From: Blastocatellia bacterium UBA7656
Lineage (GTDB): Bacteria; Acidobacteriota; Blastocatellia; UBA7656
Assembly (NCBI GenBank): GCA_002483445.1
Contig: DLHY01000065.1
Location: forward strand, 23,336 to 87,335
Direction of reading: 5' to 3'
DNA: 64,000 nucleotides
Shown: positions 20,292 through 28,265 of the stretch, piece by piece
Numbering within the stretch: the first letter of the stretch is position 1
How the letters are laid out: each line of letters starts with the position of its first letter
The notes under the pieces: model-generated
Seen by the model: only the letters and a program-made list of their open reading frames with translations
Databases searched by the model: none
Told to the model about the DNA's origin: nothing
Position numbers and translations under genes: made by a program

Positions 20292-23135
20292 CTAATAGTT
20301 GTCATAAGGGTCGCGCCTCGACTTCTTTCCGCGCCTGCGACCGCCTCGCCCGCCGCCAAGCTGCGAGAACTGATCAGTCCCGAAACTTCCGAGTCCGGCA
20401 AGCGTGAAGGTGAACGAAAAGGCGCTCTCGCTTCTAAGCCCCGCCTTGAATGTGTTGTAGTTGAATTGCAATCCGCAACAGTCCCATTGATAGCCGACAA
20501 AGCTGCGCGTGTTTCTCAATCGCCCGTTCGATATCTCGTCGCCCTGGAAGCGATCCGTGAAATCATAACCTATGCGCGCCCCGCCGTAGAACCCGCGCGT
20601 CTCGTCTCCATACTGAAACGTCGTCGTAAGCTGATTGCCAGCAAAAGTACCCGGCTCGAACACATTCGGCGAAAGATCGATCCTTCGCGACAGGTTATAG
20701 CTCGCCGAGACAGTGAATTTCTCCGCCCCCACTCCTCCGCCCACCGTGAGATTGCGCACCGCCTTGTCTTCCGATCCGATGTCCATCCTGATATCGGCGA
20801 ACGTAAGCGATAGCGGGCGATAACGGATTTCCACATGAGCCGGAGAAAAACTCCTCGCCCTCCCTCCGAAGGTGAACCCGGACAGAGTGTTGATCGGATA
20901 AAACTGATTGCGACGGCCTTCCGCAAGCGCGCCTCCGAAAGTGCGGTCGAAGAAATATTTCTGCGCGACTTTGACAGTCAGAAACTCATACGCCTGAACA
21001 GGCGAGGTGTCTTCTGCTTCATCCTCATCTTCCTGATCAGATTTGTCTGCCCGCTTCTGCTCTTTCTGACGGCCCAACTCGGCCTGCTCGCCTGTTTCGA
21101 GCTTCTGCTTTTTCGCTTCAATCTGCTCAGGCGTTTCGCTTTTGGCCTCAGCGCCTTCTTTTTTTCCCTTCCTTTTCTTCTTCTCCTGATCAGGTTTCAC
21201 AGTGTCGGTTTCATCATCAGACTGATCGCGCTGACGTCGCCTTCGACGACCTATCTCGGAAGCGCGCCGCGTGATGAAGAAGCGGTTGACCAGCGCATAT
21301 TCGAATTCATTTGTGTTAGCCACCGCGTCGCGCTCGTCAAAGCGGATGATCCGGTTGAACTGGTCGCCTATTCCCCGGATCAATCGATATGTGATGTAAG
21401 GCTCTATGAGGTGCTTGAACCGTCGAGACCCGTCTTCACGCTGAAAAACTTTTTCGAGCGCGGGCGGGCGTATATCTACGGCCATCTCGAAGTAGCGACG
21501 CGACAGATTGTCAGGCGTGATTGGATTGAACTGGCTGCGATCAAACAGTTGCACATCCGGGTTGAATTCCACGCGCGTCGGGTCGAGTCTCGGATCGACG
21601 GGCAGCAGGGCGAACTTCTGCGGGTCGAATGAAGGCACGAGCGGATCGCGACTATTAGAATAAAAAGTCTCGCGCGCCGTGACAGTAGGTGTGATCGCTA
21701 TGCCTGCAAACGTGGCCAGAGGAACGGTGACTTTCGCCTGAAGGTCGAGCCGCTGAACCGCAGCCGGAGTTACCAGCACTACATTGTCGTCTACGACTTC
21801 TTCGCGCTTCAGTGCGCCGAGGCTTGCATCGAGCGAAAAATAAATCGGAAGCCGTTCGATCACGCGACGCGGATAGAGGGTCATATCGAGTTGCGGAAGC
21901 TGGCGGATTTTTATATCGAAGTTTTCGCCCGTGCGCGGCGGTAGCTCCGGGTTCTGATCTGCGTCCGGGCGGAAGAGCGTCGTCCGCTCATTGGCCATCA
22001 GAAAATGGAAACTGAAATCCCGCGTGTTGTTGTTGACATAGAAAGTAGACTCGCGGCGCGGGTCTATGACCTGACTGATGTCGTCGGAAAAGACCTGGCG
22101 AAAAGGGAGACTCGTCACAAAAGACACATTGCCCACGGCGAGCCACCCCTTTGGAAGATACTGCACGGCGTCGGCGACGAAAGCCGTTCCGCCCTGATCC
22201 GTACCCGGCTCGCCGAACAAACGGTCTTTGACCGTAAACATTCCGAGCCGCATATAAGACCGCTCATCGGTCTGCGCGCGAAACTCCGCGCCGAATCCCA
22301 GCCCTCGCGCCGTGTAGATATCGTTTCGAATAGTTATGTCGGCTGATTGTCCGAGAGTCTGGTAGTAAGCGGTTTTGAAAGTGCGCCCTTTTTGATTCGA
22401 AGTCCCGGTCGTAGGTATTAGAAATCCGCTCTTGCGCTCATTGCTCGTCGCCGGTATCCAGGCATAAGGCAGATAAAAAGCGGGCAGTCCCTTGACGCGA
22501 AAAGTGGCATTATGAAGTATGAGGCGGTCGTCCTTTTTAAGCTCGGCCCGCTTGACGGTGAAAGTCCATTTCGGAACAGTGTCTTCGCAGGCGGTCACGC
22601 TCGCTTCGTAAAGCTCGTAAGTGTCAGGGCCGGTCTTTTCGACCCTATCGGCGACGAAGTAAATGTAATCGCCCGTCTGCGTGCGATTTGTAAATCCGGT
22701 GGTCTCCCAGAAAGTGCCGCGGCGCGAGTTCCAGTTGATTTCGGCTCTACGGGCGGTGACGCGCTGATTTTCTCCCTGATCGAATATGACATTGCCTTCG
22801 GCGACCATATCGCCCGTGACCTGGTTATAAGTGGCGCGGTCGGCCTGAAGCCGCATATCCTCAAGCACAGCGTTGACGTAGCCCGTGGCTGAAAGTATGT
22901 CGCCGTTTTTCGTTTGATTGTCGGATTCGATCACGACCGCATCGGCGGGGGATGGCTTTGAATCCTTTGTGTTGGGAAGTCCTCCGTCGTCGTCAGCGCG
23001 ATCTCTGCGATCTTTCTTTTTTGTTTTTTTCTCTGATTCCTGCGGAAGCTGATCTACGAGCGCGAAAACGGATTCCGACAGAAGCGCAACGAGGAGCAGG
23101 CCGCAGAGCGCCGCAGAGAGCGTCTTTGATAACAC
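20292..23135 (-). CDS. lptD: LPS-assembly outer-membrane protein LptD (OstA family) with charged insertions
   Basis: Signal peptide, then an OstA-N-like segment (ATGYVNAVLEDMRLQADRATYNQVTGDMVAEGNVIF), then a long beta-barrel-type region rich in aromatic-x-aromatic strands. The size (947 aa) fits. Confidence 0.8.
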   Translation of the reverse strand: MLSKTLSAALCGLLLVALLSESVFALVDQLPQESEKKTKKKDRRDRADDDGGLPNTKDSKPSPADAVVIESDNQTKNGDILSATGYVNAVLEDMRLQADRATYNQVTGDMVAEGNVIFDQGENQRVTARRAEINWNSRRGTFWETTGFTNRTQTGDYIYFVADRVEKTGPDTYELYEASVTACEDTVPKWTFTVKRAELKKDDRLILHNATFRVKGLPAFYLPYAWIPATSNERKSGFLIPTTGTSNQKGRTFKTAYYQTLGQSADITIRNDIYTARGLGFGAEFRAQTDERSYMRLGMFTVKDRLFGEPGTDQGGTAFVADAVQYLPKGWLAVGNVSFVTSLPFRQVFSDDISQVIDPRRESTFYVNNNTRDFSFHFLMANERTTLFRPDADQNPELPPRTGENFDIKIRQLPQLDMTLYPRRVIERLPIYFSLDASLGALKREEVVDDNVVLVTPAAVQRLDLQAKVTVPLATFAGIAITPTVTARETFYSNSRDPLVPSFDPQKFALLPVDPRLDPTRVEFNPDVQLFDRSQFNPITPDNLSRRYFEMAVDIRPPALEKVFQREDGSRRFKHLIEPYITYRLIRGIGDQFNRIIRFDERDAVANTNEFEYALVNRFFITRRASEIGRRRRRQRDQSDDETDTVKPDQEKKKRKGKKEGAEAKSETPEQIEAKKQKLETGEQAELGRQKEQKRADKSDQEDEDEAEDTSPVQAYEFLTVKVAQKYFFDRTFGGALAEGRRNQFYPINTLSGFTFGGRARSFSPAHVEIRYRPLSLTFADIRMDIGSEDKAVRNLTVGGGVGAEKFTVSASYNLSRRIDLSPNVFEPGTFAGNQLTTTFQYGDETRGFYGGARIGYDFTDRFQGDEISNGRLRNTRSFVGYQWDCCGLQFNYNTFKAGLRSESAFSFTFTLAGLGSFGTDQFSQLGGGRGGRRRGKKSRRDPYDNY

Positions 23136-23208
23136 TGAATCGATAACCTCCGCCTTGCAGGTAGAGCAATGCGGATACTAGCACGCGCTTTGAAAGGCGG
23201 GCAACTAA

Positions 23209-23307
23209 GGCAAAAGTAAAAAGGCAAAAGGCAAAAGTTGAAAAACCGTTTCGACTATCCTCAAATAGCCTTATACTGCGCGAATTTCTGTTTTTGCCTT
23301 TTGCCTT
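23209..23307. repeat. heptamer-armed hairpin (GGCAAAA arrays / TTTTGCC arrays)
   Basis: GGCAAAA GTAAAAA GGCAAAA GGCAAAA (23209-23236) faces TTTTGCC x2 (23292-23305). This gives a 16-bp perfect stem, AAGGCAAAAGGCAAAA (23221-23236 with 23292-23307), and a 55-nt loop. Confidence 0.9.
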
Positions 23308-23315
23308 GTCGTCGA

Positions 23316-24764
23316 TCAGGCGGCTGAGACTTTGAAGGCGCGCGAGCGAATGAGATTCAAAACATCTGTGCCGAGAAACGGCTTGAACAAAACCGGAAAG
23401 TCGCGCTCGCGGCAGACCATCTCTTCTTCAGGCGCAAGATTGCCGCCCGTCATTATTATCACCCGCGTCTGAGGAACCTGACGCTGGAAATGCAGTCCGA
23501 GTTTTACGCCGTCGTCATCTCCCAGCATGTAATCGAGCAGAACGACATCAGGCTGCTGATGATTGAAAATATCGCGCGCCTGACCGGCAGACTGCGCCGT
23601 GAGCAGCGTCCACCCTTCCTGAGAGAGCAGTCGTTCAAGAAAAAGTAGCAGGTCGCGATTATCATCGACGATCAGCACAGTCGGCTTTTGAGGCGCAGCC
23701 TTCGCGCTCTCGCTCGTGACCATGTGAATGACGAGGCTCTCGCTGTCCTCGCTCATATCGAGCCGCACTCGCGCGCCCGGCTCTATCTGCCCCGTAGCGA
23801 CGAGCGTGGCAAGGGGCTGAGTCACGTGTCGATGCAAGGTGCGTTTAAGCTCCCTTGCGCCGTACTCTTCGCTCGTTCCTTTTTTGAGCAGAAACTCCTT
23901 GCTGTCGGGCGGGACTTCGAGTGTGAAGCATCGAGCGCCAAGCCGCGTGTTGACGTGGTGCTGAAGTTCATCAAGGTGCTGATCGAGTATGGTCGAGAGA
24001 GCTTCCTCATCGAGAGGCTGATAGGTGACGACGGCATCTATGCGATTGACGAATTCGGGAGAGAAGCGTTTTCTGACGGCTCCGAGCGCGATGTTTTCCA
24101 GTTTGTTCACAAGCTCGTCGCGCCTCTTTGTCACTCCGGCCTGAAATCCGAAATCGGGCCTTAGTTCTTTCATCATCTCACGCGCGCCGAGATTGGAAGT
24201 AAAAAAGATCAGGCTCTTTTCGAAATTCACCGTTGTGTTGTCGCCAAGCCTCAGTATCGCCCGGTCGAGTATGCCAAGCAAAAGACGAGTCATCGTGGGC
24301 GCGGCTTTTTCTATCTCATCGAAGAGGACTATCGCCAGATCGCACTCCTTAGTCGTTATCGAGCCGAGCGCCTGTTGGGTGAGCATGGGCGGCGTTTCGC
24401 GGTGGCCCAGATATCCGGGGGGCGAGCCGATGAGTTTTGCCACCTCGTGTTCCATCTGAAATTCGCCGCAATCGACCTTTAGAATATTCCGGGGACTGCC
24501 GTGCAGAACTTCTGCGATAGCCTCGACCGTGCGGGTTTTGCCCGTCCCAGTCGGGCCTAAGAGCAGAAACACGCCCGCGGGTCGGCCTTCGGGAGCAAGC
24601 CCCGCCTGACACATGTGTATGTATGGCACTATGCACTCGGTGGCCGCAGACTGTCCGACTACTTTCTGCGACAGGAGAGCGACAAGGTCTTTCGAGGATG
24701 AGGAAGAAGAGTCCGGCGACGATTCGTTCATTTCGTTCATTATGTTACGCACCTCCTTGATCAT
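23316..24764 (-). CDS. Clp/Hsp100 D2-type AAA+ ATPase fused to a C-terminal receiver domain
   Basis: VVGQSAA...GPTGTGKT (Walker A), IVLFDEIEKA (Walker B), GSPPGYLGH, and a ClpB-D2-small-like segment (FSPEFVNRIDAVVTYQPL...GARELKRTLHR). These are followed by a REC domain (TVLIVDDNRD...VVLLDYMLGDDDG...IIMTG...FKP). Confidence 0.8.
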   Translation of the reverse strand: MIKEVRNIMNEMNESSPDSSSSSSKDLVALLSQKVVGQSAATECIVPYIHMCQAGLAPEGRPAGVFLLLGPTGTGKTRTVEAIAEVLHGSPRNILKVDCGEFQMEHEVAKLIGSPPGYLGHRETPPMLTQQALGSITTKECDLAIVLFDEIEKAAPTMTRLLLGILDRAILRLGDNTTVNFEKSLIFFTSNLGAREMMKELRPDFGFQAGVTKRRDELVNKLENIALGAVRKRFSPEFVNRIDAVVTYQPLDEEALSTILDQHLDELQHHVNTRLGARCFTLEVPPDSKEFLLKKGTSEEYGARELKRTLHRHVTQPLATLVATGQIEPGARVRLDMSEDSESLVIHMVTSESAKAAPQKPTVLIVDDNRDLLLFLERLLSQEGWTLLTAQSAGQARDIFNHQQPDVVLLDYMLGDDDGVKLGLHFQRQVPQTRVIIMTGGNLAPEEEMVCRERDFPVLFKPFLGTDVLNLIRSRAFKVSAA

Positions 24765-25080
24765 TACAACCAGCGCGGCTTATCAGGGGAGCGGGAAGCC
24801 GCAAGTTTCAAGGGCCGAAGGAAAACCCGCGCATCGTCATTCGCGTTGGCCCATTATACCAGCAGGCGGGAGCGATTGCTGGAAAAGTTTTTTTTGCATG
24901 AAAATCATGTGCGACATGAATGTCGCGACACTTCTGAAACCCGACGGGGATTCGAGCGTGTATAGAGGGTGTTTGAAACAACAGAGTTGGTTCGGCGCAA
25001 GCGGGTTATGTTATCATTCGGCTTGCTGTCTGAAGCTTCAAAGATCAACCGGCTATCAGGCTGGTTCCGGGATAATCGCT

Positions 25081-26313
25081 ATGGCTGAATTCACCTGCCG
25101 TCTGGGCGCTCCGACGGGCGAAGTCGTGACGCGACAAATAGAAGCGACCTCTGAGAATGACCTCAGAGCCAAGCTCGAACGCGAGGGCTATCGCATATTC
25201 ACCCTCTCGGCGAGCGGTCGCGCCGGGTTGATGAGCGCGCTCAATCGCGATACAGGGCCGCGCAAAATCAAGCTCGAAGATTTTCTTCTCTTCAATCAGC
25301 AACTCTCCGCCCTTCTGCGCGCGGGGCTTCCCATACTTCAGGCCATAGGCATATTGCGCAAGCGCGTGCCGAGCGAGCAGTTGCGGATCGTACTCGAAGA
25401 CGTGGAAGAAAAAGTCCGCGCGGGGCTGGCGCTCTCGCAGGCGTTCGCCGCGCAGGGCGACACCTTCCCGCGAATCTACATAGCGACCATTCTGGCAGGC
25501 GAGCGGGCGGGCGCTTTGGATGAAGTGCTGCTTCGATATGTCAGCTATCAGAAGACCGTCACCGAAGCGCGACGCAAAATCAAAAAATCGCTCACCTATC
25601 CTACGGTGTTGATTTCAGCTTCGATGATTCTGGTGATGGTGCTTTCGACTTACGTCATACCGAAATTCATGCAGCTTTACGCCGGACAGTCCGAAGCCCT
25701 GCCCACGATCACTGTGGCAGTCGTCAGCACCGCCGAATTCATCAGCGCGAATTTGATCTGGCTGCTGCCTTCTGTGATCGGCCTCGTGATTTTTCTTCTC
25801 TTCTGGCGGCGCACTCCGCAGGGAAGATTTCAGATCGATAGCTGGATGTTGAGGACTCCCGTCGCGGGAGAAACCATAAGGCAGATGACCATAGCTCAAT
25901 TCACGCGCAGTCTGGCCACTCTGCTTGCGGGCGGAATAACTTTGCCTGAGTCTGTAGAGATAGCGAGCGAGTCGATCACCAACCGCGCCCTTCGCCGCGC
26001 AAGCGAAGGCGTGCTTGCAGGCATACGCGAAGGCCAGCCATTTACGGACAGCCTTGAGAAGTCAGGATGGGTCAGCGAGCTTGCGCTCGATATGATAGGC
26101 GTGGGCGAACGCGCGGGCGCGCTTCGCGAGATGCTCGACGAAGTAGCCAACTTCTATGACGGCGAGTTGGAAGTGCGACTCAATACCATAACCACGTTCA
26201 TCGAACCGATAATACTCATCTTCATGGGCGGGCTTGTGATGACCATACTTCTGGCTATGTACCTGCCGCTCTTCTACATGATCGGCAACCTCGGACAGGG
26301 CGGCGCGCAGTGA
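25081..26313 (+). CDS. type II secretion / type IV pilus platform protein (GspF/PilC family)
   Basis: Two T2SF repeats (LLFNQQLSALLRAGLPILQAI..., FTRSLATLLAGGITLPESV...) and three TM segments. ATG 25081 gives the usual ~410 aa; the upstream part of the ORF has no coding support. Confidence 0.9.
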   Translation: MAEFTCRLGAPTGEVVTRQIEATSENDLRAKLEREGYRIFTLSASGRAGLMSALNRDTGPRKIKLEDFLLFNQQLSALLRAGLPILQAIGILRKRVPSEQLRIVLEDVEEKVRAGLALSQAFAAQGDTFPRIYIATILAGERAGALDEVLLRYVSYQKTVTEARRKIKKSLTYPTVLISASMILVMVLSTYVIPKFMQLYAGQSEALPTITVAVVSTAEFISANLIWLLPSVIGLVIFLLFWRRTPQGRFQIDSWMLRTPVAGETIRQMTIAQFTRSLATLLAGGITLPESVEIASESITNRALRRASEGVLAGIREGQPFTDSLEKSGWVSELALDMIGVGERAGALREMLDEVANFYDGELEVRLNTITTFIEPIILIFMGGLVMTILLAMYLPLFYMIGNLGQGGAQ

Positions 26314-26420
26314 TGGGAGATGGGGTGAGAAGAATGGGCGAAAGAGAGAATGGGAGAATGGGAGACGAAAATTCATTTCTCCCATTCCCCCATTCTCCCA
26401 CTCCCCCACTCTCCCATCAC
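26310..26420. repeat. long imperfect hairpin of GGGAGA-type heptamer repeats filling the GspF-GspE spacer
   Basis: The outer 11-bp stem is perfect: GTGATGGGAGA (26310-26320) with TCTCCCATCAC (26410-26420). The inner stem matches 17/18: GAATGGGAGAATGGGAGA (26348-26365) with 26378-26395. The loop is 12 nt. The upstream TGA stop (26311-26313) lies inside the left arm. Confidence 0.9.
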
Positions 26421-26434
26421 AACGGGAGATTCTG

Positions 26435-28096
26435 ATGAGCGAAACGAGCGAACAAATAAACAAACCGAACGGAAATGCAGACATCGCTCCGCCTGGCGCG
26501 GCGAGTCAGGAAGAAGCGGCGGCCAGAGAGCTTGCGCGCCGCTACCGTCTGCCTTTCGTCCGTCTCAGTCCCGAAGAGCTTGATTACCATCTCGTCCACG
26601 ATCTGCCTGTAGACCTGATGGTGCGCCATAACTTCGTGCCTCTTCGCCGCGAAGGCGACATATTGCACGTCGCTATGGCTGACCCAACTGACCTCAACCT
26701 GATCGATGAGCTTGAAGCGCAACTTTCGGTCAGGCTCAAGACCGCAGTGGCGACGCGCTCTGCGATAGAAGAGGCTCTCAAGCGCGGAGACACGGCGGCG
26801 CGAATACTTCAGACCGCGACCGCCGGATTCCGCACCGATGCTATGACGCTCCTGCGCGAAACGGAACAGGGCGAAGAAGTACTCGACATCGACCGGCTGG
26901 CGGGCGATGAAGAGATGGCTCCCATCATCAAGCTCGTCGACACGGTCGTACTCAACGCGCTTGAACGCCGCGCTTCCGACATACACATCGAGACGCGCGA
27001 TTCGGATGTGATGGTCAAGTACCGAATCGACGGCGCGCTCTATCGCGCCGCAGACCCGATCGATATCTCTCATCATCAGGCTATCATTCAGCGCATCAAG
27101 GTTATGAGCGAACTCAACATCGCAGATCGCCGCATTCCGCAGGACGGGCGTTTCCGTATGCGGATTCGCGGGCGCAAGATCGATTTCCGCGTATCGATCA
27201 TGCCCACCATCCACGGCGAGAACTGCGTCATCCGTATTCTGGACAAGGAGCAGATCAACGAGTCGTTCCACGATCTCAATTTGGATGTTGTCGGATTCGC
27301 TCCGCAGGATTTGAAAAAGTTTCGCAAGTTCATAGCCGAGCCTTACGGGATGGTGCTCGTAACCGGGCCGACCGGTTCGGGAAAAACGACGACGCTTTAC
27401 GGCGCGCTGAACGAAATCAAAAACGAAGAAGACAAAATCATCACCATCGAAGACCCGGTTGAGTATCAGCTTCAGGGCATCACTCAGATTCCTGTGAATG
27501 AAAAGAAGGGACTGACCTTCGCGCGAGGGCTTCGCAGCATACTTCGGCACGACCCGGACAAGATAATGGTCGGCGAAATCCGCGACAACGAAACCGCGCA
27601 GATAGCCATTCAGTCGGCGCTCACGGGCCATCTCGTATTCACCACCGTACACGCCAACAACGTAATCGATGTCATCGGGCGATTCCTCAACATGGGCGTC
27701 GAACCTTACAACTTCGTGTCGAGCCTCAACTGCGTGCTGGCTCAACGCCTGGTGCGTATGCTGTGCCTGCATTGCAGGCGGGATTATCAGGCTGCGGATC
27801 AGGAACTGGCGGAATCGGGCCTCGACCTGGATAAGTATCGCAACGAGATTTTCTACAACGCCGTCGGATGCGAAGTGTGCAACTTCACAGGCTATCGCGG
27901 TCGAACCGCAATACACGAACTGCTGGACGTGACCGATCATATTCGCGAGATCATTCTTGAGCGAAGGCCCGGATCGGAAGTGCGTCGCGCTGCAAGAAGC
28001 GAGGGGCTGACTTCGCTGCGCGAATCGGCTGTGGCGAAAGTGTTCGCAGGCGTGACCACGCTTCACGAAATCAATCGCGTCACGTTCGTTGAATAG
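26435..28096 (+). CDS. type II secretion / type IV pilus assembly ATPase (GspE/PilB family)
   Basis: N-terminal T2SE-N region (RRYRLPFVRL...), Walker A GPTGSGKTTT, Asp box, Walker B KIMVGEIRD, His box, and a tetracysteine motif (CLHC...CEVC). Confidence 0.94.
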   Translation: MSETSEQINKPNGNADIAPPGAASQEEAAARELARRYRLPFVRLSPEELDYHLVHDLPVDLMVRHNFVPLRREGDILHVAMADPTDLNLIDELEAQLSVRLKTAVATRSAIEEALKRGDTAARILQTATAGFRTDAMTLLRETEQGEEVLDIDRLAGDEEMAPIIKLVDTVVLNALERRASDIHIETRDSDVMVKYRIDGALYRAADPIDISHHQAIIQRIKVMSELNIADRRIPQDGRFRMRIRGRKIDFRVSIMPTIHGENCVIRILDKEQINESFHDLNLDVVGFAPQDLKKFRKFIAEPYGMVLVTGPTGSGKTTTLYGALNEIKNEEDKIITIEDPVEYQLQGITQIPVNEKKGLTFARGLRSILRHDPDKIMVGEIRDNETAQIAIQSALTGHLVFTTVHANNVIDVIGRFLNMGVEPYNFVSSLNCVLAQRLVRMLCLHCRRDYQAADQELAESGLDLDKYRNEIFYNAVGCEVCNFTGYRGRTAIHELLDVTDHIREIILERRPGSEVRRAARSEGLTSLRESAVAKVFAGVTTLHEINRVTFVE

Positions 28097-28180
28097 TCCG
28101 TTGTCATTAGTCCCTTGTCCTTTGTCATCGCTCAATATGTTGTCTTCCCACTGCAAAGGACGAAGGACGAATGAGGACAT
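28096..28180. repeat. imperfect hairpin of GTCCTTT-type heptamers in the GspE-secretin spacer
   Basis: GTCCGTT GTCATTA GTCCCTT GTCCTTT GTCATCG (28096-28130; the first G is the last base of the TAG stop) faces AAAGGAC GAAGGAC GAATGAGGAC (28155-28178). Confidence 0.85.
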
Positions 28181-28265
28181 TGAAGATTTCTTTTGAAACC
28201 GGAGCGTGGTACAGTAGTTTAACCTTTAGTAGTCGCTCCCGAGATCAATATCGAGGACTTGCATT

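Noticed and set aside
24859-24895. CCAGCA-N12-TGCTGG hairpin followed by TTTTTTTT, considered as a terminator or attenuator ahead of the GspF gene
   Set aside because: The stem is only 6 bp, with a 12-nt loop and a 5-nt gap before the T-run. No upstream plus-strand gene exists to terminate. It is too weak to call.
26417-28180. 587-aa ORF antisense to the GspE/PilB ATPase gene
   Set aside because: The plus-strand frame carries complete Walker A/B, Asp/His boxes and the tetracysteine motif. The antisense ORF has no motifs and an Arg/Ala/His-rich composition typical of mirror frames in GC-rich DNA.
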